Positions 1 to 12,561 of a stretch of DNA of 64,000 nucleotides are shown piece after piece. Position 1 is the first letter of the stretch, and every line of letters starts with the position of its first letter. Position numbers and translations under genes: made by a program. Under the pieces are notes generated by a model. It saw only the letters and a list, made by a program, of their open reading frames with translations, was not told the DNA's origin and did no database searches. This stretch comes from Octopus bimaculoides (lineage: Eukaryota): assembly GCF_001194135.2 (NCBI RefSeq), contig NC_068982.1:129704379-129768378 (forward strand). The letters are read 5' to 3'.

Positions 1-1175
1 TGATGATTTCAAATTCTGGCACAAAGCCAGCAGTTTTAGGGGAGGGGTAAGTTAATTATATTAACATAGTGCTCAACTGAAAATAAGAAAAACAAAAGTG
101 ACCTCAGCACCATTTAAACTCAAAATTAAAGCGAGAAGAAATGCCACTAAGCATTTTGTCAGGTGTACTAATAATTTTGCCAGCTTGCTGACTTAATCAC
201 ATTTATAATGGTTTCAAATTTTGTCACAAGGGCAGCAATTTTTTTTGGGGGTGGGGGATGAGTTGATTACATCGATCCCAGTGTTTAACTGATACTTATT
301 TTATTGAACCCAAAAGGATGAAAGGCAAAAATCAACCTTGGTGGAATTTGAACTCAGAACATAGCGATGAGCGAAATACCGCATGGCATTTCATCTAACG
401 TGCTAATGATTCTGCCAGCTCACCACCTTATTTATAATAATAATAATCCATTCTATTATAGGTACAAGGCCTGGAACTTCGGGGGGAAGGGACTAGTTGA
501 TTAAATTAACCCCAAAGTTTCACTGGTACTTAATTTATCAACCCCGAAAGGATGACAGGCAAAGTGGATCTCGGCGAGATTTGAACTCAAAGTAGCAACA
601 GGTGAAATACAGCTAAGCATTTTGCCTGGTGTGCTAATGATTCTGCCAGCTTACTGCCTAAATAATAAAGGTTTCAAATTTTGCCACAAGGGCAGCAATT
701 TTGGGGGAGGGGATGAGTTGATTACATCGATCCCAGAGTTTCACTGATAACTTATTGACTCCAAAACGATGAAAGCTCACCACCTTTAATAATAACAATA
801 ATCTTTTCTACTCTAGGCACAAGGCCCAAAATTTTTGGGGAGGAGGTCAGTCGATTAGATTGACCCCAGTATGCAACTAGTACTTAATTTTCTGACCCTG
901 AAAGGATGAAAGCTCACAACCTTAATAATAATAATGATAATAATAATAATAATAATAAATGGTTTCAATTTTTGGCACAAGGCCAGTGATTTCAGGGGAG
1001 GGGAGTAAGTCAATTGCATCAACCCCATTGCTTAACAGGTGCTTATTTTATTGGCCCTGAAAGGATGAAAGGCAAAGTTGATCTCAGAAGAATTTGAACT
1101 CAGAACATAAAGACAGACAAAATGCTTAGCAGCATTTTGCCTGGCATGCTGACAATTCTACCAGCTTGCCACCTT
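1..1175 (-). mobile_element. Head-to-tail chain of about 6 tRNA-type SINE copies with a Meta-like central domain
   Basis: Repeated units containing ...GACCCCGAAAGGATGAAAGGCAAAG...GAATTTGAACTCAG...CTGCCAGCT..CCTT joined by (AAT)n tracts; two copies are partial. Confidence 0.8.
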
Positions 1176-1183
1176 AATATTAT

Positions 1184-1668
1184 TGACTACCCATCTGATA
1201 AGGGTACACCAGGCTCATGTATCACAACCATATGTGCATGACATGGTAATCTCATATCAAGACAAACAGCGCATGACCATGCAGGTGGGGCCAAGTTAGA
1301 ATTTTCTTCAGGTTGAGTAACCCACCCTGCTCAAAAGGTCCCTGAATAAAGGCTGTTTAAGGATGCTGAATGAAACACACATGCTTTCAGAAGTGAATTA
1401 TTCAAACCCCAAAGAATTCTTCTCAACACATGATTACAATGCTCCCCCATTACTTCTGCTTATGATCAGAGATGCACATATTGGTCAGCCACTAAGGACA
1501 AACTCAACTGGTTAAGATGAAGCAACTGGTAAGCAAATCTGTGGTACTGAGCAGAATATTTGCTGTAGCCCATCTTTTTATACGAAGACAAAACATGCAC
1601 ATGATAGCACTTCCAATCAGTTAAGATCAAAAGCTATGAGAGCCACTGCCTGGTACTGCATCAGAGCA
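1184..1668. mobile_element. Interspersed repeat of about 485 bp, solo-LTR-like
   Basis: TG...CA termini, minus-strand TATAAAA-like motif, flanked by TAT-rich sequence; no clean TSD. Confidence 0.4.
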
Positions 1669-1679
1669 TGTTATTATTA

Positions 1680-1860
1680 TTAAGGTGGCAAGCTGGCAGA
1701 ATCATTAGTACACTGGATGAAATGCTTTATGGTATTTCACCTGTCACCATGTTCTGAGTTCAAATTCTGCTGAGGTCAACCTTGCCTTCATTTTTTCAGG
1801 GTCAAATTAAGTACCAGTGAAACACAAGGGTCGATATAATTAACTAGTCCTCTCCCAAAT
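1680..1860 (+). mobile_element. SINE of the same family as 1-1175, opposite orientation
   Basis: AAGGTGGCAAGCTGGCAGAATCATTAG...GAGTTCAAATTCTGCTGAGGTCAACC... is the reverse complement of the chain units. Confidence 0.85.
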
Positions 1861-2815
1861 TTCTCTTAAAAATAAAACCAGATCTCTACACACAAATGCA
1901 AATACACATACACACACAAGTGCACATACATAGATAATTTTTAAAAAGGCAAAATACAGTAACACCTAATTTCTAGTAAAATTCTTTACTCAGTTTAAGT
2001 ATGCAGACATGCTAAATGAAGTGGAGCTATTGTTTTCTATCAACCAGTATTGATACACTGATGAGTTATGTTATTACCAGTATTATATGTGATGCCCTAA
2101 TATCCAGTGTACTAACACTTAAATGCAATGCTTGCTATTGATGTCATTCCTCCTCCTCTTCAATAACTTTTAACTCAAGAAAATAATCAATAAGCTATTT
2201 CACAATTCACAGCATTATTAGTTAATCAAAGCTGTTCAACTAACTATATTATGTGTGCAAAGCTCTACCATATTTGTATTTAAAAAAAAAGAAACTCCTC
2301 GAGGCATTCTCCCATAAGTCATATTATTGATGATACTTTATAAAACAGCTGAGTTAATTATGTTTTGCAACTAAGGATCATTGTCATCATTTTAACATCC
2401 ACTTTTCCATGCTTGGACGGAGTTCCATTGATAACAATGTTTAGTGAAGTGAAGGAGCTTTAAATGGAAAAAACTAGTACCAACAAAAATATTTAATAAA
2501 AAATTTTTAGACAATATATACAAGTTTAGGACATTTACCTACATGCAGATAGCATATGGAATAAAGTCAATTTAAGTATGAAATAGGATTTCAAATAACA
2601 AGTCATTCATGATTAAGTTGATTAGGCAAATTTTAAAAAAACTGAATTTTTTAAAACTTTTTTTTTCTGTCAAGAAATCCAATTATAATCACCCTAAACT
2701 ACAAGAATCATTTGATTTTTATACATACCTTTGTAGAATGTGATAAACGAAAACCATTAAAAATATTCAAAACTTTAAAATTTGAATGAATATTATGCTT
2801 GGTATTATATATTAC

Positions 2816-2927
2816 CTGTTCTTTGGGAATGTAACAAAACTATTTTCATCCCAGGAACCACCATCACAAAATGCTTGCATAATAGAAACAACACCTGCTG
2901 AAGGTAAAGGTTTTGCTGCATAGAAAC
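2816..2927 (-). CDS. ABCA2: ABCA2-like coding exon 3, start of extracellular domain 1 (SFYAAKPLPSAGVVSIMQAFCDGGSWDENSFVTFPKN)
   Basis: 112 nt between acceptor TCTCTCATTACAG and donor AG|GTAATA; phase 1 in (fits exon 2), phase 2 out; matches ABCA2 [33 protein letters not shown]. Confidence 0.95.
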
Positions 2928-4619
2928 CTGTAATGAGAGAAGAAAAAAAAGTTAGGGAAATAGTGGAATAATAATTACAAGTGATCAAAATGGTTTCAAA
3001 ATGGATACTTGAGAATAAATTGCTTCATTCAGAGCTTCAGAAAAACACTACTCTTTGTAATATAACTGTCATTGTATTTAATCACAATAACCAACTGAAT
3101 CATCACACTAAATAGAACATATTTCAGTTTATGTTTTAATAAAAATGTACCAAAAGAAGTAGCATTTAAATTTTTTTTAAATCAGAAGAGAGTATTGCAA
3201 AAAGAATGTAAAGCATTTATTTTGAAAAATATTTTTTTCACAAAGATTAATTTTTTAAATACGTTTTGAAAGACTAAAATGTTTTAAATGCTACACAGAA
3301 AAGTGGTAGCCTTCAGCATAAGCCAACCATAAACATGAGATAGCTTATGCATAAAAAATAAAAAGTAAGGAAGGAAAAATACCATTGTGAAACCTTAATC
3401 TGCTCTCAACATATGCCCAGCACAAAGATATATAATGGAAATAACTGACAGAGTTCCCCTGGCTCATCAAAGAGGGCACTAACTTTTTATAAGAACTATC
3501 TCAAATTATGACAATCTGTCCAATCCCTACAAGTATGGAAAAACATGCAAAATAAAGATAATGATTATGACGACTTATACCATGTAAGGACAAAGGTCAT
3601 TTCTTTTAAGTTAACCAAAAAGTAACCTTCCCTATAATATAGCCAGAAGGATATAATTACAAATAATTCAATTTCATTTAGCAAGAACACATGAGAAGGT
3701 TTCGGAGAAACAAAAAGCAACAAAAAAAAAACTACATATTTGTTGATGTGTGAAGAATGCTGCTGTAAGAAGCAGAGAGATGGATGTAATGAGTAAGATT
3801 GATTTGAGGGGAAGTTCAAGCGTAAGTTTATCAGAGTAGCCTATGATAGCAACAAGAGAAGCAGCAGCAGGAGATAATCCAGAAACTATTTCCATCATGA
3901 ATGTCATTCTTCTAAATAGAATACCAGTGATCAAATAAAGTGTACCATTCTAGAAATGAAAAGAAAATTTCAGAATGAGGTATTCTTAAGATCTGTAGAT
4001 AGTCAACAGATACTCAAAACTGACGTAATTATTAGCAATATAAAGAGATCTAAGTCTCTAATTTAATTTTGAAAAAAAAAAAAAAAAAAATCAAACATAA
4101 GGAAAAAAAACATTCTATCTTGTGAAGTGAAAAGGGTCTTCTATAATGGAAATGTGAGGGCAAGGTGTAGTATCCTCTCCCACTGAAATAACTGAGAAAT
4201 GTTTATATTTTGGTGTTAAATGGAACCAAGTTGTCAGATAGCTTGTGAAGATGTTGACTGATGGCAGAAGTGGATGCCTGGTGTGAACAGAGGATACAAA
4301 GAGCAGCACAAAGTAGATAATTGTCTCCAATATGTGGTTCTTAGGTTTTGAATAAGAAATAAAGAATCAGTATAGTCACTAGAAACATGGAAGAAATCAC
4401 ATAAGTAGATTGAATTGCTTCTCTCATAAAAAACAACAAAAAACAGGAATTATTCCTAAAGATCATGTGAAGAACATTGGGTTTAATTTAATAAACTAAA
4501 CCATTAATAAGTTAAATTGGCAAAAATCACTCTTTGTAACATTCAGAAACAATAAAATAAAGCAAGCTGTGATTATTATTATTATTATTATTTTTTTTTT
4601 TTTTCAGTTGAAAATACGC

Positions 4620-4830
4620 ATCAAGCCAAATGAAATCATGGTCATGGCCAGTGCTAGTAACATGTAAAAGACATCTACTACACTCTTAGAGTGGTTGGCA
4701 TTAGGAGGAGTATCCAGTTGCAGAAACCAAGCCAAATCAGACTGGAGCCTGGTACAGCTCTCCAGCTTATCAGTTTGAGTCAAACCATCTAACTCATGCC
4801 AGTATGGAAAACAGATACTAAATGATATAT
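4620..4830 (+). mobile_element. RTE-LINE 3' end fragment
   Basis: ACTACACTCTTAGAGTGGTTGGCATTAGG...CCAAATCAGACTGGAGCCTGG...CATGCCAGTATGGAAAAC, same 3' UTR as 15170-15518. Confidence 0.75.
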
Positions 4831-4964
4831 GACAGGCTCCTTTCCATCTACCTATTCCATACACAAGGCTTTGGTTGATCTAGTGCCACTCAGAAAGATT
4901 GAAACCAAAACCACATGGTTGGGAAATGAACTTCTGAACTATACAATCATGACTGTGCTTGTTA

Positions 4965-5600
4965 TCATCATCATTTAATATTTGTTTTCCATGCTGGCAT
5001 GGGTTGGACAGTTCGACTGAAAACTGCTAAGCCAGGGAGCTGCACCAAGTTCTGGTCTGATTTGACAAGGTTTCTATGGCTGGATGTCCTTCCTAACACC
5101 AACCACTGAGTGTAGTGGGTGTATTTTATATGCCACTAGCAAGGGTATAGTTTTCAACTAGCAATAACCATGCCTCGGATAACCTTCATTGGCTTGACAG
5201 GTCTACACAGCACGTTGTATTGCCAAAGCTTGTCACCTGTCACGACCTCCATGAGGTCCAATGATCAAATGGTGCTTTTTACATGCCACTGATCTGATTT
5301 GACAAGGTTTCTATGGCTGGATGTCCTTCCTAACACCAAGCACTGAGTGTAGTGGGTGTTTTTTATGTGCCACCAGCAAGGGTGCCATTTACTTGACACT
5401 GATATCGTCCACAAATACAGCCTCACTTGGCTTGACAGGTCTACACAGCACATTGTATTGCCAAAGTTTGTCACCTGTCATGACCTCCATGAGGCCCAAT
5501 GCTCAAATGGTGCCTTTTACATGCCACTGACATGGATGCCAGTCAGACGGAACTGGCATTGGCCACGACTACGATTTCACTTGGTGTCGTATAATTATTA
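4965..5600 (-). mobile_element. RTE-LINE 3' end with an internal tandem duplication of about 240 bp
   Basis: (CAT)n tail at about 4965; block TCTGATTTGACAAGGTTTCTATGGCTGGATGTCCTTCCTAACACC occurs at about 5056 and about 5294. Confidence 0.75.
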
Positions 5601-6310
5601 TCATCATTTACCAATTTGTATATGTAAAGTATAAATAATTATGCATTAGATGATTAAATTTATTATATACTTTAGTCATTCTAGCATGTAGCATGTTCTA
5701 ACTTGACATAATAGTACACACAGGAGCAAATTTAACGATATAATTTAACATTTTAAAAACGCTGTCTAACATTTAAAAATATAATTTGTTCATGGCTGTT
5801 TTGCTCTTAATTCTTAAATACAGACCTAAATTAAAAGACCTAATTAACTTGACTTTGAATTTTTTCAAGCAGTATTAGATTAGAGTGAAACAATATCACG
5901 TGGCTGTTTGGCATGGTTGGTTGGATGGTGAATGTGTTTTGCTGCCAGTATTTTTTCACACTGGCAGTAACTATATGTGCAAAAACACACAGAGAAATAT
6001 ACACATGCAGACAGAATGATAAAGAGGGAGGGACATTACAATTTATTAATTGAACATAACTAACAAACACTTTTCCTATTCTCAAAGCATAAAAAAATAT
6101 TCACATAGACAGACAAAGAAGCAGATGCTGAACTTTACATGTTTATTCATTCTCTCTCTGTTTTTGTCTCATTACTTTCTGTTGAAGAGCGTAGGCTTGA
6201 ACCATAAAAGACTTTTTCATTTTTCCCAAGCATCAAACTAATACACTTGCTTGTTGTTCATACACCACTCATTCATTTTTGTTTTTCTATAAATTTCAAC
6301 TATATATATA

Positions 6311-6700
6311 CAAGTGCAGGAGTGGCTCTGTGGTAAGTAGCTTGCATACCAACCACATAGTTCCGGGTTCATTCCCACTATGTGGCACTTTGGTCAAGTG
6401 TCTTCTACTATAGTTTCGGGCCGACCAAAGCCTTGTGAATGGATTTGGTAGATGGAAACTGAAAGAAGCCCGTCACATATATGTATATACATATGTATGT
6501 GTGTGTCCGTGTTTGCCCCCCCCCCTCACATCACTTGACAACTGATGGTGGTCTGTTAACGTCCCCGTAACTTAGCGGTTAAGCAAAAGAGACCGATAGA
6601 ATAAATACTAGGTTTACAAAGAATAAGTCCTGGGGTCGATTTGCGAGACTAAAGGCAGTACTCCAGCATGGCCACAGTCAAATGACTGAAAAGAGTAAAA
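6311..6700 (+). mobile_element. Near full-length tRNA-derived SINE (second family)
   Basis: tRNA-like head GGAGTGGCTCTGTGGTAAG...GGGTTCATTCCC (A/B-box-like), internal (TA)/(TG) tract, tail ...GGCCACAGTCAAATGACTGAAAAGAGTAAAAG. Confidence 0.85.
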
Positions 6701-6708
6701 GATTATGT

Positions 6709-6983
6709 AATGAAATTAATGAAAATCAAGAGAATGGAGATTTGCACATCCAAGTTTTATTACACAGTTATTTACATCATTCTTCACTTAGACCTACATG
6801 CATTTCAGCTGCTAGTTACTGCACACTTAAGTGTGCATCTTGGTGTTAATTATCAGTACAACTTCATCAGTGTGCAGTGGCTTCCAGCGAAAACATGCAT
6901 AGGTCTAGGGAAGAACGGTGTAAATAACTATAATAAAACTTGAATGTGCAAATCTCCATTCTCCTGATCTTCATTAATTTATT
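6709..6983. mobile_element. Fold-back (palindromic) MITE of about 275 bp
   Basis: Left arm AATGAAATTAATGAAAATCAAGAGAATGGAGATTTGCACA... is the reverse complement of the right arm ...TGTGCAAATCTCCATTCTCCTGATCTTCATTAATTTATT; complementarity continues inward for over 100 bp. Confidence 0.85.
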
Positions 6984-7129
6984 TTCTCTACGGAAACTAT
7001 GCAGTCCTTATTAGGAAATTTGGATTTACCAAGTGAGGATTAACTGAGTATAGTAAATTTTAACTAACTTGAGTTTCACCAACATTCACTGTGGCTAGCT
7101 GGCATTGAGAACCATTTTTGGAAATATTA

Positions 7130-7505
7130 CTTTTCTCTTTTACTTTTTTCAGTCATTTGACTGTGGCCATGCTGGAGCACTGCCTTTAGTCGAGCAAATC
7201 GACCCCAGGACTTATTCTTTGGAAGCCTAGTACTTATTCTATCGGTCTCTTTTGCCGAACCACTAAGTTAAGGGGACGTAAACACAACCATCGGTTGTCA
7301 AGCAATGTTGGGGGGACAAACACAGACACACAAACATATATATATATACGACAGGCTTCTTTCAGTTTCCGTCTACCAAATCCACTCACAAGGCTTTGGT
7401 CAGCCCGAGGTTATAGTAGATGACACTTGCCCAAGGTGCCATACAGTGGGAATGAACCCAGAACCATGTGGTTGGTAAGCAAGCTACTTACCTCACAGCC
7501 ACTTC
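7130..7505 (-). mobile_element. SINE of the same family as 6311-6700, inverted
   Basis: Reverse complement of the 6311 copy along its length. Confidence 0.9.
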
Positions 7506-7571
<66 letters not shown>

Positions 7572-7603
7572 AAATGCCTGATGTCAAATNNNNNNNNNNN
7601 NNN

Positions 7604-7642
<39 letters not shown>
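7506..7642. repeat. (GA)n microsatellite spanning a 13-N gap
   Basis: Visible dinucleotide run; the flank ATTAAAATGCCTGATGTCAAAT is duplicated on both sides of the gap. Confidence 0.95.
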
Positions 7643-7647
<5 letters not shown>

Positions 7648-8498
7648 AAATGCCTGATGTCAAATAAGTCGTCATCAAATCAGCAACACCAAATAGACAG
7701 GAACAAAATAGCTAAGCCAAAATGTCTCATACTCATCTCAGACTTACAACATCCTATATTTGATTCAAAATGTACCATGTAGTATTAAATAAACCACAAC
7801 AACGTTATTTTAGTTTTAGTCCCTTGATATAACTCTTTGACAGGACTAATATCACTAATGCTTTCTGGGAGGTATAAATCTCATTGCAACCATTTCATCC
7901 AAATTGAAAAAATATGTATTTGATTTTTAAAAGCCATTTCTAATAGAAATAAATGCTTTTAGTTTTCTCTTGCTTTCAATCTCAAAGTCAGTTTCCTTTT
8001 CAGAGTAAATTACAATGTTGGTGATCAGAACATCAAACTTTGAGAATACTATTTTCATGAATAAACCTATTAGTTAAATTAAGAGAAGAAACTATTCTTT
8101 GGGTACAGCAATTAAAATAATAGCAAGGATGCCATCTAGGCCTGTAAAAGTGTTAATGAGAAAAAAGAATACCTCAATAAAAGCAGGTGAGGAAAGAAAT
8201 GGAAACAACAAAAGAAATGGAAACAGAAAAAGATAAGAAAAATAGATGGGAAAATAGTGTTGAGAATACGGTTGAATGCCTAATGGATAGTGAAGGACTT
8301 GGCAGCAGACCTGCTAACAAAGCTATCTGAGTTGAACAAAGGAGGAAAGAAAAAGTTTCCAAACTTTATGGAGAAACGTTTGGCAGTGAAACAAAACTTG
8401 CTCACATTTGGCAAAGGGAAGAAGAATAATGGAATGTATAACATTTTAGTAAATTGTAAATTCACATGATGTTAATATTCTGTTACAACTAAAGGGCA

Positions 8499-8549
<51 letters not shown>

Positions 8550-8684
8550 TGAGTGTATGCACAAACAGATTTTCCCTTAATTTAGTGTTCTATTACCCTA
8601 AAAACATCTTTACTGTAATGTGACTTATCTATGAAGAAAAATTGTTTGATAGCTATACTTTCTGAATAAAAGGAATAATTACTC

Positions 8685-9110
8685 CAACGTCATCATTTTA
8701 CAATATTTTCTTCTAAAACTTGCATGGGTTGGACAGATTTTTTCCTTCGCAATGTTTTACCACTTGATACAGTCCTTTGTCATCTCTTTTCTGAGGTCCA
8801 GCCTCCTGAGATAAGCTTTCAACACTCCTTTACAGGTCTTCCAAGATCTTTCTCTTACATTGCTTGGCATTTCATTACACAATCGTCATCCTCTATACAC
8901 ATCGTACAATTGTACCAGCTCACTCTTCTACTTTGCACACTACATCTGATTTTTTACTCAATTCATTTGTGCTCAGAGCATGCTCACATTTATTTCCAGG
9001 CTTTGAACATCCCTCTACATTCAATGATCATTTTTCATGACAATGCAGCCCATTCACACACATACACAGAGGATACCTTTGTTATCAGCAGATATAATAG
9101 TTCCCACATT
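8685..9110 (-). mobile_element. Decayed RTE-LINE 3' end
   Basis: Minus-strand translation resembles the RTE C-terminus (KTWK...LRRLDLRKEMTK), followed by CCAACCCATGCAAG and a GATGA tail. Confidence 0.65.
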
Positions 9111-12100
9111 CCGACCCCACCCCATTCTTACTAACATGCTTTCAAAACATCTGCCCCCATTTCTTATTAAGCTATCTAGGTAATGAAGGCTATAAACAGG
9201 TTTATAATACAAGTGTATTAATTAATTACATATTTTTATTGTGCTAAAGTTGATTAGCAAGTGAATATATATATATATATATATATGTCTAACATAAATT
9301 CTTGAATAAATTAGATGAAAAAAAAGAACACAAAATAGTTGACTTCAGAAAAGCAATGTTTAAACTTCAGAAATAAAATTAATAGTAAAAAACCTATAGA
9401 ATAATGAAAACTATTTTGGTTCTGTTACAATAATTGTAGGACAAGCAACAACTGACACAGTTTAATTCTATGAGTTATTACATTGAAATAATATATAACC
9501 ATCAATGGAGACTATACTGTATTTAATAGCAATGTTATAAAAAAAATATTGCAGATGACTGTCTGCTGGTAATACAAAAATATTATTTATTTAAAAAGAA
9601 AAATTTTTAAATAACCAAATGTGTTGCTATGAGCAGTTAACAGTTTTCAAGACATTTAGTATAGGCTAAGTTAAATCCCCATCAAAAACAAAACTATTAT
9701 ATTTCTCTACAGAACTCACAGATTACTGAAAAGGATAATTGCCAACTTCAAAACAGAAATTTCTTTTTCAGCATTAAATTCAGTTTTATATAACAGAATC
9801 ATTCATACAGCTGAAGTGACAGGGAAAGACCAGTCTTACTTTTAATCCAATGTATATACACACACATACAAAAAGAAAAAGAATGCTGCCCTAACACTAA
9901 TGCCTGTGTAATATTAAATTCAATAAGTTTTTATACATTTTAGATTATATATTATAAATTCTTGATTTCCTTTTTCATAACATAATGCTCTGTAGGGTCA
10001 TGTTTAATATAAAGGAGACTGGATCCACTAATACAATTTTGTATGCAATGCATCAGTAGACATTCAAGCTATAAGTGACATATCCATATTACAAGAAGAT
10101 CAAATTAGATTAAATAGTGATTATTGACTGTACATTGCTAGTCACTTAAGCTATTACTATCTATAAAAACAATGTTATTTTAGACATTTTCTGCACAGTT
10201 GTATACATGTATATACAAATGAACAGCAGGAATAACTATATGGTTAAAATGTTTGCTTTGCAGCTATGGTTATAATCTAATTTCTGCTGCATGGCATCAT
10301 GGGAGTGCATCTTCTACTATAGCCTCAGGATGACAAAATACCTTGTGAGTGAAATTGAGAGATGGAAACTGCAGCAATGATTTTCATCTTATATTGCTTC
10401 ATAGACTTATTGTTCAAAACACAATAGTGTTTTGATGCAATGCATCAGTAGAAGTAATTTTATCTCACACAATTCCACAGCTTCATGTCCTCTAACGATG
10501 TATATACATTTAGTATGATACACACTACCCCCACCCCAAAGATATCAATTTTATATAAACATTGGTTATGTCCCGTCAAAAAGTGGCAATTGGTTTCACA
10601 TCTATTGCTGCACTTAATAAAGGCAACTCAGTAGACCCACTGGCCAGAGGTATATAACCTCTTTAGGTTATGTGCTTCCAGCCAGCAGGTCTGATGATAT
10701 GCCTATATTACTAAGTGTAACAATAAATGTGAAACCAACATTCACTTTCTAATTAGCCATAACCAACAATATAAAATATTGTTCAAAAAAAGTTTTAGAG
10801 TGTGTCTTTTTTTTTATGAACAACTGACCAATCTATATAATATAGTGGGGAGAGTGAGCGCCTGCTAATTTGTTTTGATATTTACACCTGGGGTAAAAAA
10901 AAGAATATATCTGGATGTTCAGTAGTTAATTGTGAAAAAGCCTAAGAGAACAAGTACCTTACTTGCAAATAAGGGTTAACAGGAAAAGCAATTCATCTAA
11001 TCCATGTGAGTAGAGAAATAGCAGATATAACAACAATAAATGACAACAACATTAAACAATGAGTATTTCTTTGGATTAGGTTTATTTCAGCTATTGGGGT
11101 TCTTAAAAGCTATAGGAATAAAAAAAAAAAAAATCAAGGCACTTTCTTTCTGAAGCAATCCTTTTAATATAAATTCCCAGTGACTTAAGCCATTATTAAT
11201 TACCACTAATTCATGTACATTAAAAATCACAATCAGACAGGGGAGAAAAGACTATAAATTATATAAATGCCTGCTATACATAAAAATATACATACAGTGT
11301 AGAAAATTACTAAAATTGTAATTTTTTATAGACGGTCATAGCTTAAGTAAATAGCAACAGGCACTCAATCACTGTTTAATCTACCCCAATCTTGCAGTAG
11401 TTATGAATAAAATCCTTTTTTTTTTTTTTATATAAAAGTAACATTGTTTGATAAATATATTCTGTAGTCATCAATTTTAATATTAATGTTTTTTTTTTTA
11501 AAAATTAACTTTTTAAAAATGATTTTTGTTTGCATCTATCAATGAAGTCAGTATAACAGAGGAAGCTATTAGTCTTCATTTGAGTTGATTCAGTTCAGTA
11601 AATAATTTACAGATCTCTGACAATATTAGATTCAACATAAAATTGCAGTATCCTCTGATAAAGTTGCATCTGTTCTTTTGACTTTCCTTTATAACTTGTC
11701 TGCTGGGGGTATAAATAAACTAATCACTCAGAGTAGTATTATCAAGGGAACTAATACTGCAAACAAAACTCCATGGCTAAGGCTACTTCTAAATAATAGA
11801 TATTTCTAATTAAAGTAAGTGACTGTTTCAGTAGCTAAAAGCATATAACCCTTTATAAATCACAGGGTGGATAACTAAAGAAACAATCCTGGTAACGGCT
11901 AGATTATTCTCAATTCAGTTCTTTCAGCAAAGAAATTAGCAGCCATAAATTTCATATTTAATTAAACTTGTTTATATTGCTTAATTTTTAATATTTAACT
12001 TTAATTTCACAAGAGAGTATGTTAGTGAGTGTATTTTTATTGGTCTACATATTAGCTGCTCTTTTGAATTACCAACAACCATGATAGAGCATGTCAAGCA

Positions 12101-12307
12101 TTTATTTTTATTAAATCTAAGCACTCTAGAATTTGTTTACTCGGATTGTTTTCTTCTTTTTTTTAATGAGCAGATCAAAGGAGGGGCAGTGATCATAAAG
12201 CTTGAAATCCCACCCAGTCTGGTGAAACTAATGTAATTGATGTTCACCTTGAATATCAGTAAGTTTTTGCCTGTAGGAAAAAGGTAGGTTGGCAAGGTAT
12301 TCTAGAG

Positions 12308-12561
12308 CAGGGGTTTTCAAACTTTTTGACTTGCGGACCCCTTTATATTTCAGGCTTTACCTTAGGGACCCCTTTATAAACGCTTATGAAATTTATACAT
12401 AAATATTTGCTTAAAATAACATTTTTACATTTATTTATTTAACAGTATTTAGCAAAATAGGTTTATTGTTAATTAAAAGATTTTGATTAAAAAACATATA
12501 TAAAATCAAATTGCCCATAAAAAGTATTTGTGGTCCACGGACCACAGTTTGAAAACCCCTG
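12308..12561. mobile_element. hAT (Charlie-like) MITE, 254 bp
   Basis: TIRs CAGGGGTTTTCAAACT / AGTTTGAAAACCCCTG; perfect 8-bp TSD TTCTAGAG at 12300-12307 and 12562-12569. Confidence 0.92.

Noticed and set aside
3565-4330. Hydrophobic ORFs of 71-86 aa
   Set aside because: No motifs or splice support; consistent with chance ORFs on the T-rich strand.
7548-7670. Duplicated (GA)n-ATTAAAATGCCTGATGTCAAAT block
   Set aside because: The copies flank a 13-N gap; most likely overlapping contig ends, not a real duplication.
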